Assembly (NCBI GenBank): GCA_963769025.1
Contig: CAVYKI010000012.1
Location: forward strand, 512,001-576,000
Source of the DNA: an uncultured Verrucomicrobiae bacterium
Lineage (GTDB): Bacteria; Verrucomicrobiota; Verrucomicrobiia; Chthoniobacterales; Chthoniobacteraceae
Length of the DNA: 64,000 nt
Direction of reading: 5' to 3'
The translations under genes were made by a program, and so were the position numbers. Shown here one piece after another: positions 52,428 to 62,197 of this stretch; position 1 is the stretch's first letter, and each line of letters opens with the position of its first letter. The notes beneath the pieces are model-generated. The model did no database searches. It was given only the letters and a program-made list of their open reading frames with translations, and had not been told where the DNA came from.

Positions 52428-53312
52428 TCACGGGGGGCGGGCATCTATGAACGCCGAGACGGACACAGCCAGCCCAACTCCATCCAAGTGGCGAACCAAT
52501 CGCGGACTTTCGCGGCGGCTTCCTCGTCGCCGGTGTGCGATTTGGCGAAGGCGGACGCGCACGCGCCTTCGAGCGAGGCTCCGGCATTGAGCGCGGTGAG
52601 CAGCGGAACGCTTCGGGGTCGAGGCGCTTGTAATAAGACGGAGAGATTGACGCGATGGACGGCGAGGTGGATCGGCGTGCGGCTCGGGCGCGCGGCGATG
52701 CGCGGGCCGGCGGCGCGTGACGTGGCGGCGACGGCGTTGCTGAACGTGCCGGTTTCGATCGTGGCTGTCCTTGAGCTTGCGCAGCAGTTCGTCGACCGGA
52801 TGCGCGAGTTCGAGCAGCGTGAGGTAGGGCTGGAGGCCGAGGCGCAGCTGGTCCGCGGGGTTTGCGGCGAGCCTCGCCGGGTCGAGCGGCGGCCGCTCCG
52901 GCTCGTCGAAGGCGATGACGCGCGCCCATTCGACGCGCGCCATGTCGAGGGCGAGGGCGCGTGCGGCGCGGTGAGTTCGGGATGCGCGTTCGGAGGAAAG
53001 CCGGCAGAGCTGGCCCGAGGTCGCGCAGCGTCCACGACGTCGATCCGCACGCTCTCGAGATACGCGACCGCGAGCCGGTCGAACTTCCGCTCGCCGAGCA
53101 CGGCGCGCAGCCCGCGGAAGTCCTCGCCGAAACGAGCCGAGCAGCCGCCACCAGTACTGCTGGTTGTAGATCTGGAGCCGCTCGAAGGACGTGAGCCGGT
53201 CGTTCGGCTTGATGAACCGCGCCGCCACGTCCGCGGCGGGCGAGCCGTCTTTCCAGCGTCGGCTGCATGCCGTCGTCCGGCAGCGAGCGGGCGCATCACG
53301 GCGGCGGGCCAT
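52428..53312 (-). CDS. DUF2063 (BufC/HvfC-like) RiPP partner protein, frameshifted
   Basis: [35 protein letters not shown]; directly downstream of DUF692. Confidence 0.75.
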   Translation of the reverse strand: MARRRDAPARCRTTACSRRWKDGSPAADVAARFIKPNDRLTSFERLQIYNQQYWWRLLGSFRRGLPRAARRARRAEVRPARGRVSRERADRRRGRCATSGQLCRLSSERASRTHRAARALALDMARVEWARVIAFDEPERPPLDPARLAANPADQLRLGLQPYLTLLELAHPVDELLRKLKDSHDRNRHVQQRRRRHVTRRRPAHRRAPEPHADPPRRPSRQSLRLITSASTPKRSAAHRAQCRSLARRRVRVRLRQIAHRRRGSRRESPRLVRHLDGVGLAVSVSAFIDARPP

Positions 53313-54207
53313 CAGCCGCTGGACTTCCGGCCGAGGCGATCGCGCGCGTTACGCGGCGAGCGTCGCTGGCATCGGGCAGAAATCGGTTGGCCTTGAGCGC
53401 CTCGCGATGCACTTCGTCGAAGCTCGGGAATGCGGTCGTCCCATTCGAGCAGCGTGGCGGTGCGGCCGCAGCGCTGCGATGGCGTGCGCGTAGAGCTTCC
53501 ACACGGGATCGAGCACCGGATGATCGTGCGTATCGAGGATGTAGCGCTCGAACTTCGTGTGGCCGGCGATGTGGATCTGCGCGACGCGCTCGCGCGGGCA
53601 CGGCGTCGAGGTAGTCGTACGGATCGAAGCCGTGGTTCTTCGAGGAGACGTAGATGTTGTTCACGTCGAGCAGGATTCCGCAGTCGGCGCGCTCGACGAC
53701 TTCGCTGAGGAATTCCCACTCGGTCATCTCGCGAGACGTGGAACTCCGCGTAGCTGCTCACGTTCTCCACCGCGACGGGGACTCCGAGAAAGTCCTGCAC
53801 CTCGCGGATGTTGCGCGCGGTGCGCTTCGACCGCCTCCCACGTGTAGGGCATCGGCAGCAGGTCGTGCGTGTAGCGGCCGTCGACGCTGCCCCAGCAGAG
53901 GTGGTCGGAGAGCCACGGCGTCTTCGTGCGCTTGGTCGAGCGCCTTGAGCTTGCTGCAGATGGTCGCGGTTCGGCCGCGCGGCGTTGCCGAAGTACATCG
54001 AGACGCCGTGCTGCACGACGCGGTACTGCTCGAGGATCTGGTCGAGCACGTGCGAGCGGGCGGCCCGCCATCGACCATGTAGTTTTCCGAGATGATCTCG
54101 AACCAATCGACGACCGGCTTCTTCTCGAGGATGTGCTGGTAGTGCGGGATGCGCAGGCCGATGCCGATGCCGTAGTCGGTGAAGCCGTTGAAGCGGGTGG
54201 CGGGCAT
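53312..54207 (-). CDS. DUF692 multinuclear non-heme iron oxidase (MNIO; BufB/MbnB-like), frameshifted
   Basis: [69 protein letters not shown]. Confidence 0.9.
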
Positions 54208-54313
54208 GGGGAAAATGCGATGGCGACTGCGATTGGGCGCACGGCGATCACCGATCGTGACTCGCGAGCGGGCTCCGGCGCGATGCGGAGCCAGAGCCTC
54301 GATCGGGGTCTGG

Positions 54314-54625
54314 TTACTTACAGCGTCGTGTGCGACCGGCTTGCCGTCCTTCACGGCGCAGCCGCCCTTGCCTTTGCAGGAGTTCTTGCCGGCGCAGCCG
54401 TTGTCGCCGCGTCTTGCAGCCGCCCTTGCCCTTGCAGGAGTTCTTGCCTTTGCAGTCGTGGGTTTCGCCTTTCTTTTCGTCGGCGAGGACGCCGGCCTGC
54501 TGGCTGTCGGCATTCTTCTTGAACGCCGTGCCGTTATTCGAGGCGGCATTGGCTTTGGCGGTAAAGCCGCCCATGAGGATGCCCGCGAGCGCAGCGCCAG
54601 CGAGCAGAGTCTTCGTGTTTTTCAT
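54314..54625 (-). CDS. Signal-peptide-bearing Cys-rich RiPP precursor (bufferin BufA2-like), 1-nt frameshift ~54410
   Basis: Sec signal then [13 protein letters not shown] and [13 protein letters not shown] repeats; immediately upstream of DUF692. Confidence 0.82.
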   Translation of the reverse strand: MKNTKTLLAGAALAGILMGGFTAKANAASNNGTAFKKNADSQQAGVLADEKKGETHDCKGKNSCKGKGGCKTRRQRLRRQELLQRQGRLRREGRQAGRTRRCK

Positions 54626-54686
54626 TTGGTGTTGTGTACTTTGGTTTTGGTTTTAAACGACGCGGAATGCGGCGTTCGGGCGATCA

Positions 54687-54712
54687 GAGCAGACAGCCTC
54701 GGGAATTATTCC
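54687..54712 (-). promoter_or_regulatory. ECF promoter motif
   Basis: GGAATAA-N15-GCTC upstream of the precursor. Confidence 0.8.
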
Positions 54713-55110
54713 ATGCCGCCACCGCAGGAATTGAATCGCGGGCTGCCAGTTCATATCGGCGTTTGAAAACCTTATTCAAATCCACCGTCATCGCCGCGTC
54801 CGTCGCGGTCCGATGACTGGCACGAATCGAGCGCGCGGCGTGCGTGAGTCAGAGTGTTCGAGAGCGTGCATTAAGAGTGAGTAAGGAATCTTTTTCGAGC
54901 GAGCGCTCGTCACCTGGGTTGGGCGACCCTCACTCCAATTCCATGAGGGGCTGTTTTTTCAACCTTACACCTTTTTCGTCCCTCACGCGGCCTGATACGC
55001 GCCAAAAACGCGGCTACAACGTGTTTTACAGTAGTTGATTACATCGGATTCAGGCTTGTGAAAACGCGCCAAAATCCGGGCTCCAAAATGTGTAAGGTTG
55101 GGCCGTCACT

Positions 55111-55473
55111 TTACACCGACTTTACACCTGCCGTGCGGATGAAGGCGACGATGCGCTCGATCATCGGCGCGGTGATCTGAAGCTCCGTGAGGCGGAGGAC
55201 GCGCCAACCGTCCAGCGCCGCTTCCAGATACTTCTCGGCGTCCGCCGCAAAGCCCTGTGGGCGATTGTGGCGGCCCTGGATGTAGATCCCGCTCTCGACC
55301 TCGATGAGCGTGCGGCTTTCAACGTGAGCGAAGTCCGCACGCCACTTGCGCTCGGCGTGAAATCGAAACTCCCGATCCAGCGCCGGGCCGCCCAGCGACT
55401 GCCAGTAGAGCAGAAAGCTACGCTCTTGCCGTGAAGGCGGATTCTTGTCGCGGAAGCGGAGGCTCATCCGCAT
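55111..55473 (-). CDS. Phage-type Vsr/DUF559-like endonuclease
   Basis: EFRFHAERKWRADFA..LIEVE.G..GRH..DAEKY..GWRVLR. Confidence 0.75.
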   Translation of the reverse strand: MRMSLRFRDKNPPSRQERSFLLYWQSLGGPALDREFRFHAERKWRADFAHVESRTLIEVESGIYIQGRHNRPQGFAADAEKYLEAALDGWRVLRLTELQITAPMIERIVAFIRTAGVKSV

Positions 55474-55756
55474 CGTACGTTGTCAAGCGAGGCGCGAATG
55501 CCATCGGCGCTCGGCGGCAGCGCAGTAAAAATGAGGCATGTCCATCAACGAAAATCATGCGGCTCAACCCGCGACGACGACGTATGTTTTCGCGTTCTGA
55601 TACACGCGCCAACCGCACGTGCAACCGAGGAGCGGATGGCCGCGGCGGTTACCGAATCGTTACCGAATTTGAAAACGAGCACTGCCTCAAAAAGAGCGGG
55701 CGCGCTGGAAGCTAGGACACATGCGGCTTCCAAGGCGCTCAGGCGTCGAAAACCGT

Positions 55757-55855
55757 GCGTTGTGATGAAGCGCGCGGACGCGTCTTATCCGGTGCAGTTG
55801 CGGACGGCGACGGATGAATTCCGGGGCTGAATGAAGCACCGTTTCCTGACGTAAA
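55757..55855 (+). pseudogene. 3' half of the ligase-like target gene, containing attR
   Basis: VVMKRADASYPVQLRTATDEFRG*MKHRF, homologous to 12180..12290. Confidence 0.6.
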
Positions 55856-56020
55856 GGGAGATTGCCTCGGGTGGTGGTCGCGACCATCGCCACTGCAACG
55901 CTCTTTCGCCTGCTCGCCGACGCCGGTAATAGGGTTTGCTACGCCGCGATGATTTCCGCCGCTCGGTGCGCGGAGGTGTCGGATTTTGCGTCGTGTCAGA
56001 CGCACGTGGAAAGGTGGAGG

Positions 56021-56269
56021 CTAACTGACCGGCCCGCAGCCCTCATGACCGCAATCACATGCGTGCCCGTCGGCGAGGCACCGGGTGACGCAGGAGCTGA
56101 AACCGGGACGATTGCGGCATGCGACCACGCACTTGATGCGGCGGGACCAAAGCTCAACGGCTTTCGTTTCGTCCGCCGCTAGTTCGTCGGCGAGTTTGGC
56201 GACATCGTAGGTCTCGGAATAAACCGGTAGTCCTTCGACCTCGACGACGTATTTGATGATGACCCTCAT
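56021..56269 (-). CDS. Small Cys-rich hypothetical protein
   Basis: MRVIIKYVVEV...CVVAC..CVTRC..CDC..C. Confidence 0.55.
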   Translation of the reverse strand: MRVIIKYVVEVEGLPVYSETYDVAKLADELAADETKAVELWSRRIKCVVACRNRPGFSSCVTRCLADGHACDCGHEGCGPVS

Positions 56270-56428
56270 GTCTTTCGACAGCGGGGCCGTAGCGGTAAAA
56301 AGTCCGACGTCAGGCATGGTTAGTTAGTAGGTTTAAGCGGGAGTTTTTATGGGTGTGAATATGTTGGAGAAGGCGGATACAAAATTACCTTCTGGAATCC
56401 ATCGGCTGAGGTCGTCTCCCATGACAGG

Positions 56429-58062
56429 TCAGCCTTTGCGGATGGCGCGGGGGACGGCGTTTTTGCTGCCGGTGAGAGTGGCGTCCTGGCTAAAGACGGT
56501 GGGCGGGAGATCGGTCGCGGTGGCGCGGCCGGTGCGTTCCACCTCGATGGTCGAGTGCTTCTTCAAAAAAGCGAGCAGCGCTTCGTGCACGGTGAGCGGC
56601 GCGATCGCCGGGTCGGCCGCTCCCTCAGGCGGCAGATCATGTCGAGCGGTTCGCCGTCGCGCTCGCAGCCGCCGATGGTGAGCTTCGCATCGTCCGCCAC
56701 GTCGGCGCCTTTGATCTGGAGCGAGACGAGCCGTTTACCGGGCGGATTCATCGCCGTGAATTTCACCTTCATCGCCTCCGAAGCGCGGGGACCCCAGCCG
56801 CCGGAGAGCTTCCACGGGTCCTTGGAGAAAACGAGTTCGAGTTCGTTCTCCAGATAGTCGCGGAGCTGCCGGCCGGTGATCGTCCCGGACTTCATGCGCG
56901 TGTCGAGCGGCAGCATGTTCCATAGATCGCCGACGGTGATCGGGCCGGCGGGCAGCGGCGGGGCGAAGCGGAAGCCATTGGTGAAGCCGAGCGTGGTGCC
57001 GGTCATCTCGGCGACGGCATCGGCGATGAAGTTGTCCATGCTCGTCTCGAGCACGTCGTAGCGCATGAGCAGCTTCGTGGTTTTGCCGACGACGGTGTTC
57101 ATCCGCTCGCGATGCGGCGCGAGCGCTTGCTCGACGAGCGCCTTCACTTTCGGGTCCTCGGGAAACTCGCTCGCGCGGATCGGGATGAGCCGGAACTCGT
57201 GGCTCGCGACGCCGCCCTTCTCGCCGAGCGTGATGTCGAGCCGGCCGAGGAATGATCCCATCGCGCCCGGTTCCACGATGAGGACTTTGCCTTCCACGAT
57301 CGGCTCGATGGTGCGCTCGTGAGTGTGGCCGGAGAAGATCACATCGAGCTCGGGAATCTCGCGCGCAAGTTGCCGCGATACCGTGAGGCCGGAGTGCGAG
57401 ACGATGCAGACGAGGTCAGCGCGCTCACGCTCGCGCGTGGCTTTGACGTAGTCGCGCAGGCCGTCCATCCGCGTGGAATCCAGGCCGCGCGTCTGCACCG
57501 GCGGCTGGCGCACGGTGGTCGTGGGATCCGCGATGCCGATGAACGCGACGCGCACGCCGTCCTTCTCGATCGTGACCGACGGCGCGAAGAGACGTTCGTT
57601 GGTCGCCTTGTCGTGGAAGTTGTAGGCCACGACTTTCGCGGTGAGCTGGCTCATCAACCACTTGAAGCGATCCGGTCCGTAAACGACCTCCCAGTTGCCC
57701 GGCACGAAGACATCGAGCCCGAGCGCATTCAGCGGCCTGAGCACCACTTCGCCCTCGCTCCACGCCGCAGGTCCGGAGCCCTGCACCGCGTCGCCGCTAT
57801 CGACCAAAAAATGCGGACCGGCCGCGCTGGCGCGCTCGCGCTCGATCGCTGTCTTCAAGCGCGCAAACCCGCCCATTTGCTGAATCTCCGGCTGCTCGCC
57901 CGGCATGTAATCGGGATGCGTCTCAAGCTGCGCGTGGGTGTCCGCCATGTGCAGGAGCGTCACGCGGCGACGTGTGCCCGGCGCGGGCGTTTGAGCGCAA
58001 ACGAGCGGTTGCGTGGCGAGAGCCGCGGCGGCGGCGGTCATGAGAAATTTCCGACGGTTCAT
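56429..58062 (-). CDS. Tat-exported SoxB-like thiosulfohydrolase / 5'-nucleotidase-family protein (frameshift ~56620)
   Basis: NRRKF Tat motif, DTHAQL, GGFARL, DSGD, GNWE, HSG, SGHTHE, GFRF, FSKDP...GGW. Confidence 0.78.
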
Positions 58063-58101
58063 GGGATGATGGGGTTGGAGGTTTGGATCAGGAAAAACGG
58101 T

Positions 58102-58160
58102 TCAATTCATCGCGATGATGAAGATGGCAACGGCGAGGACAAACCAAGCGAAGCCACACT
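58102..58160 (-). pseudogene. Possible TauE/SafE exporter C-terminal fragment
   Basis: GFAWFVLAVAIFIIAMN*. Confidence 0.35.
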
Positions 58161-58218
58161 GGAGTGGTCGGCTTTCGCGCGGCCTGCGAAGGCTCTGCCG
58201 AGCGGCGTCATGGCGCGG

Positions 58219-58518
58219 TCATTGCGGGCGCGCGGATTGATTCGGATCGGATATCTGGCGATCGCCAGAGCTGGGACTCACCCGCGAAAGTGCGGGAGGA
58301 GTCTCCCCCTTTTCATTCGGCGTGCTCCGGTCGTTCGAACTGAGCCCGAAGAGCAACCCGAGCATGCTGCCGTAGATGGCGCCCCGCCACCAAGTCGAGG
58401 TGAGCGGACAGGTGCCAGAGGTGCATTGGCCGAAATATCCGAGCGCGGCACCGAGAAGCGCGCCGATGACGACGGCTAGGATAAGCGGTCCATAAGCTTG
58501 GAGAAATGACATTTTCAT
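58219..58518 (-). CDS. DUF6132-like small membrane protein
   Basis: GYFGQCTSGTCPLTS..GAIYG. Confidence 0.7.
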   Translation of the reverse strand: MKMSFLQAYGPLILAVVIGALLGAALGYFGQCTSGTCPLTSTWWRGAIYGSMLGLLFGLSSNDRSTPNEKGETPPALSRVSPSSGDRQISDPNQSARPQ

Positions 58519-58600
58519 GGGTGAGTAGAGTTTGGGTTCTGCATCCCCTCCGCGCTGGTCACGCATTTCGCGTTGCACCGGGAACGGGATTGGTTTTAAG

Positions 58601-58614
58601 TATATGACCATATA
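58601..58614. promoter_or_regulatory. Candidate ArsR operator
   Basis: Perfect palindrome TATATG-AC-CATATA in an AT-rich gap between divergent genes. Confidence 0.6.
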
Positions 58615-58648
58615 ACCGCGTAGTTGTTCAGTCAAATTTCACGTTTTG

Positions 58649-58999
58649 ATGGCCCGCTTCAAAATCAAATCCATCGCCCTTTCGCCGGAGGCGCTCGAAC
58701 TGGTCGCCGCCCGCTTCAAGCTGCTCGCCGAACCGATGCGCCTCCGCCTCCTCCAAGCACTGCACGAGGGCGAGCTGAACGTCACTCAGCTCGTCACCGC
58801 TAGCGGCGCCACGCAGGCCAATGTTTCCAAGCATCTCGGCCTGCTCTGCGACGCCGGCATTCTCAGCCGCCGCAAAGATGGCATGCACGTCTTCTATGCG
58901 ATCGCCGACCCGATGGTCTTCGACCTTTGCAACCTCGTCTGCAGCCGCCTGCAGGCCGACCTCCAGCGCAAGGTCACGCACTTCAAAACGCCCGCCTGA
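58649..58999 (+). CDS. ArsR/SmtB family regulator
   Basis: FKLLAEPMRLRLL..GELNV..QANVSKHL..L..RRKDG..VFY; C-terminal CxxxC. Confidence 0.9.
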   Translation: MARFKIKSIALSPEALELVAARFKLLAEPMRLRLLQALHEGELNVTQLVTASGATQANVSKHLGLLCDAGILSRRKDGMHVFYAIADPMVFDLCNLVCSRLQADLQRKVTHFKTPA

Positions 59000-59010
59000 C
59001 GCGAGCGGGT

Positions 59011-59499
59011 TCATCCGCTGCCGATCAGTTCCTTGACCTTCGCGACAAAGGCCGGCGGACCGCCCGGCGTGTAACCGAGCTGACCGAGAATTTTGCCGGT
59101 GGGACTCAGGACGACGATCGTGGGGAAGCCCTCGACATTAAACTGGCGGGCGAGCGCGTCATTCGCGGCCTGCTGCTCGGGCGGGAGGGGCTGGCGCCTT
59201 GGAAAATCAACTTCCAACAGGATGAGATGCTGCGCCGCGAAATCGGCGAACTCCGGTTTGGAAAACACCTCCTTGCGCAGGCGCATGCACGGCGGGCACC
59301 AATCGGAGCCGGTGAAGTCGATGAAGAGCGGTTTGTTCTCGGCCTGCGAGCGCGCACGGGCAGTCTCGAAATCCGTGAGCCAAGGCAACGCCGCCACCGC
59401 TGCTTTCTCTTCCGGGGAAACGGAACTACGGCGTGCCTGCACGAAGATGAAGGCGATGAAGCCCAGCGTCAGGACCGCGATGACCGGGCCGCGCTTCAT
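59011..59499 (-). CDS. Exported thioredoxin-family protein
   Basis: FTGSDWCPPC, VDFP, GFPT. Confidence 0.88.
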   Translation of the reverse strand: MKRGPVIAVLTLGFIAFIFVQARRSSVSPEEKAAVAALPWLTDFETARARSQAENKPLFIDFTGSDWCPPCMRLRKEVFSKPEFADFAAQHLILLEVDFPRRQPLPPEQQAANDALARQFNVEGFPTIVVLSPTGKILGQLGYTPGGPPAFVAKVKELIGSG

Positions 59500-60203
59500 T
59501 TTGCGTTTGTCGCCGGCGCGACTTTCTCAAAGCGCAGGAAATAGTTTTCCTTGAGCAAACCAGGCTGTTCTCCGACCAGCCGGAAGCCACTTCTCACGAT
59601 CTCGCTGGTGAATACTTCCCGGCCGGCGCGCACGTGGCCAAGGACCCAGTCGGAGCTTTGTCCTTCGATGCGCTCGAAGTCGATGACCACCACCTGTCCG
59701 CCCGGTCGCAGGGCGCGATGGAGTGATTCCATGGTGCGCAATGGAAACTCGAAGTGGTGGTAAGTGTCGCAGATGAAGGCGAGGTCGATGGATGCAGCCG
59801 GGAGTTCGACGGATCGATCGGTGGCGACGACTCCCGTCACGTTTTTCACCCCCGCCTTGCGTGCGCTTTCTTCGATGTGCGCGACGAACTTCGGCGCGAT
59901 ATCCACCGCGTAAACACGCCCCTTTTCTCCGACGGCCGCCGCGAAGAGACGCGTGAAAAGTCCCGTGCCGGCCCCCACATCGGCCATCGTCATACCGGGC
60001 TTGATCCCGCAGGCCTTTACGATTGCCTCGCGGTGGGCAAACACCTCGCGGCTCTCGATCTCGAACCGCCCGATGAACTCGTCGACCGACGGATTTTTGA
60101 ACGCATCATTGATGCCCGGTTTGACGCTCTCCTCCTGCGCAAATGCCGAAGAATGAACCGCGAAGAAGGCGAGGATGAGCGGGCGGATGAGGGAGGATTT
60201 CAT
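59496..60203 (-). CDS. Exported class I SAM methyltransferase
   Basis: Signal peptide; ADVGAGTG, AVDI, CDTYHH. Confidence 0.85.
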   Translation of the reverse strand: MKSSLIRPLILAFFAVHSSAFAQEESVKPGINDAFKNPSVDEFIGRFEIESREVFAHREAIVKACGIKPGMTMADVGAGTGLFTRLFAAAVGEKGRVYAVDIAPKFVAHIEESARKAGVKNVTGVVATDRSVELPAASIDLAFICDTYHHFEFPLRTMESLHRALRPGGQVVVIDFERIEGQSSDWVLGHVRAGREVFTSEIVRSGFRLVGEQPGLLKENYFLRFEKVAPATNAK

Positions 60204-60218
60204 GGTTTTGTCAGTGAC

Positions 60219-61730
60219 CTAAAGCGGTGGAGCTTCGATGCGGCCGCGCTTCTTTATCGCGGCCTTGATCGTTTCGTATTGGCTCTCGTGCTCGGTCACG
60301 TCGCGACCTTCGAGGAAGGTGCGGTAGTTGTGGCCGCCGTGGGCGAGCATGGAGTTCGTGGCGACGGAATAGGTGCGCTGCGGATCGAGCGGCTCCTTTC
60401 CCACGGTGACCTCGTTCAGACGGCTGCCTTCGCGCGCTTTCGCATCGTAGGTGAAATGCACGCCGCCGGTTTGGATCATGCCGCCGACTTTGGTCTTCGG
60501 ATCGTCGCTGAAGGTGTTGGTCAGCGCTTGTTCAAGGATCGCGCGGATCTGCGCGCCGGTGAGCTTCATCGTCACGACTTTGCCTTCGTGCGGGAGGAGA
60601 TTACGCAGTTGCTCGGCGGTGATCGGTCCGGGCTGGAGAGCAATGCCGTAGCCGACGCCGGGAAGGAGCGCGAGGTCGCTGCCAGTCGTCTCGCGCAGCA
60701 GCTCGGCGAAGAGGTGATCGGCGGGCGATCGCTCGTCGCGTTTCCGCGCGTCCTGTCCCGCGAGGGTCTGGGCGCGAGGAATGATGACGGTAGCTTCGCC
60801 GACCACTTCATCGAGCTGCGCGCGAAACGGCTTTTCGATGCGCTTGATCAGCTCCGCCGTGGCGCGGTCGGAAGGCACGACCGCGTTGTCGAGCGCGATG
60901 AGTTGGCGCTCGTGTTTGGTGATGCGGCCGTCGGTCAGCGTGAGGTCGAGGCGTCCGACATCCGAGCCGTGCGCGCCGGCCTGGACGATAAGCGTGCGAC
61001 CGACTTGCAAGGCTTCGCTCATGCGGTTGTGGCTGTGGCCGCCGACAATCACGTCGATCTCCGGCACCGCTTCGGCGAGTTTTTTGTCCGCCCCAAGGCC
61101 GAGGTGAGTGAGCGCGATGATGAGTTGCGCGCCTTCGCGTTTCATCTCGGGGATGAAGCGCTGCGCTGCCTCCACCGCGGGACCGAACTCCACATCCTCG
61201 ACGTTCTTCTTCCCAGTAGTCAGCGGCGTGTTCGGATACGCCAGGCCGAGGATACCGACTTTCACTCCACCGACATCGCGCACGACATACGGCTTGGTGA
61301 AAAGCTTCCCAGTGGCCCGCTCGGTGACATTGGCGGCGAGCACGGGAAACTTTGCGCCGGCGATCCATTCCCGCAGCGCTGCCGACGTGAAGTCCGGCTC
61401 ATGATTCCCGATCGACAGCGCGTCGTAGCCGACCGCGTTCATCAGCTCCAGGATCGCGCGGCCCTTGGTGAGGTCGGCAATCATGGTGTCGCCCAACGCA
61501 TCGCCGGCATCGAGCAGCAGGACATTCGGCGCCTCCGCACGCACCTGCTTCACCACGGTCGCCATGCGGTCGAAGCCGCCGACCGTCTTACCGGCCAACT
61601 CGCCCTCCCAACCGCGCCACGGACGGATGTGACCGTGGAGGTCGTTAGTGTGCAGGATTGTGAGCATCTTCGTGTCCACAGCTTGCGCAGCGATTCCCGT
61701 GGCGAGCAGCGCGATGAGCAGCGCTTTCAT
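60219..61730 (-). CDS. Secreted metallophosphatase / 5'-nucleotidase (SoxB-like paralogue)
   Basis: HTNDLHG, DAGD, GNHE, THLG, GGHSH, FSDDP..VGG. Confidence 0.85.
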   Translation of the reverse strand: MKALLIALLATGIAAQAVDTKMLTILHTNDLHGHIRPWRGWEGELAGKTVGGFDRMATVVKQVRAEAPNVLLLDAGDALGDTMIADLTKGRAILELMNAVGYDALSIGNHEPDFTSAALREWIAGAKFPVLAANVTERATGKLFTKPYVVRDVGGVKVGILGLAYPNTPLTTGKKNVEDVEFGPAVEAAQRFIPEMKREGAQLIIALTHLGLGADKKLAEAVPEIDVIVGGHSHNRMSEALQVGRTLIVQAGAHGSDVGRLDLTLTDGRITKHERQLIALDNAVVPSDRATAELIKRIEKPFRAQLDEVVGEATVIIPRAQTLAGQDARKRDERSPADHLFAELLRETTGSDLALLPGVGYGIALQPGPITAEQLRNLLPHEGKVVTMKLTGAQIRAILEQALTNTFSDDPKTKVGGMIQTGGVHFTYDAKAREGSRLNEVTVGKEPLDPQRTYSVATNSMLAHGGHNYRTFLEGRDVTEHESQYETIKAAIKKRGRIEAPPL

Positions 61731-61741
61731 AACGCGGCCAT

Positions 61742-62197
61742 CTATCCGCCGATCTTGATGTAGGAAAATCCGTCGCCCTGTTTGCGGATCACTTCGCCGA
61801 CGCCGGAATCGACGGTGGTTGCCTGTTCGATGAGATCCTTCTTTTCGATCTTGTCGCGGCGCATCGTGTTTTCGCATGCGGCGAAGACGACGCCGTCCGC
61901 GTGGAGCTTCGCCAGCTTCTCCTTCATCTCGGGATGCTCCGCGGCGTTTTTGGCGATAAGCAGACCGAGGCCTTTGCCATGCGTGACGACCACGAGTTTG
62001 CCCGCCTTTGCGCCGAGCGATTTGTGCGCGTTCTCGACGTTGCGCAGGGCGCCCTGCCATTTTTCGGGGCCGTCGGAGGTGACTTCAAAGACGACTTGGT
62101 GGGTTTTGTTGGAGGCGGCTTTTTCGGATTCGGCAGTCATGGCAGTGAGAGGCAATAGGGCAAGGGCAGTGGCGAGGGTTTTGAGGAGCGTTTTCAT
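61742..62197 (-). CDS. Exported DsrE-family protein
   Basis: VVFEV..VVTHGKGL..FAACENTM..SGVGEV..Q..GFSYIK. Confidence 0.85.
   Translation of the reverse strand: MKTLLKTLATALALLPLTAMTAESEKAASNKTHQVVFEVTSDGPEKWQGALRNVENAHKSLGAKAGKLVVVTHGKGLGLLIAKNAAEHPEMKEKLAKLHADGVVFAACENTMRRDKIEKKDLIEQATTVDSGVGEVIRKQGDGFSYIKIGG

Larger units (their letters stand above)
24370..55779. mobile_element. ~31.4-kb integrative element bounded by attL/attR
   Basis: 23-bp direct repeat (21/23) at 24370..24392 and 55757..55779; 24-bp subterminal inverted repeat (20/24) at 24394..24417 and 55712..55735; paired GTTACCGAAT-like repeats at 24458..24477 and 55648..55668; integrase next to attL. Confidence 0.85.

Noticed and set aside
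12199..55830. TGA-as-Trp or selenocysteine recoding suggested by TGA in the ligase remnants
   Set aside because: TGA ends many intact genes here and the ArsS C-terminal motif uses Cys codons; shared pseudogenisation is simpler
24300..55900. tRNA or tmRNA at the integration site
   Set aside because: No cloverleaf, T-loop or CCA pattern near either att site
302..61763. Long antisense or alternative-frame ORFs (e.g. 302..1918+, 25736..27172+, 38714..40378+, 59754..61763+)
   Set aside because: High-GC shadow ORFs opposite well-supported genes, with no motifs
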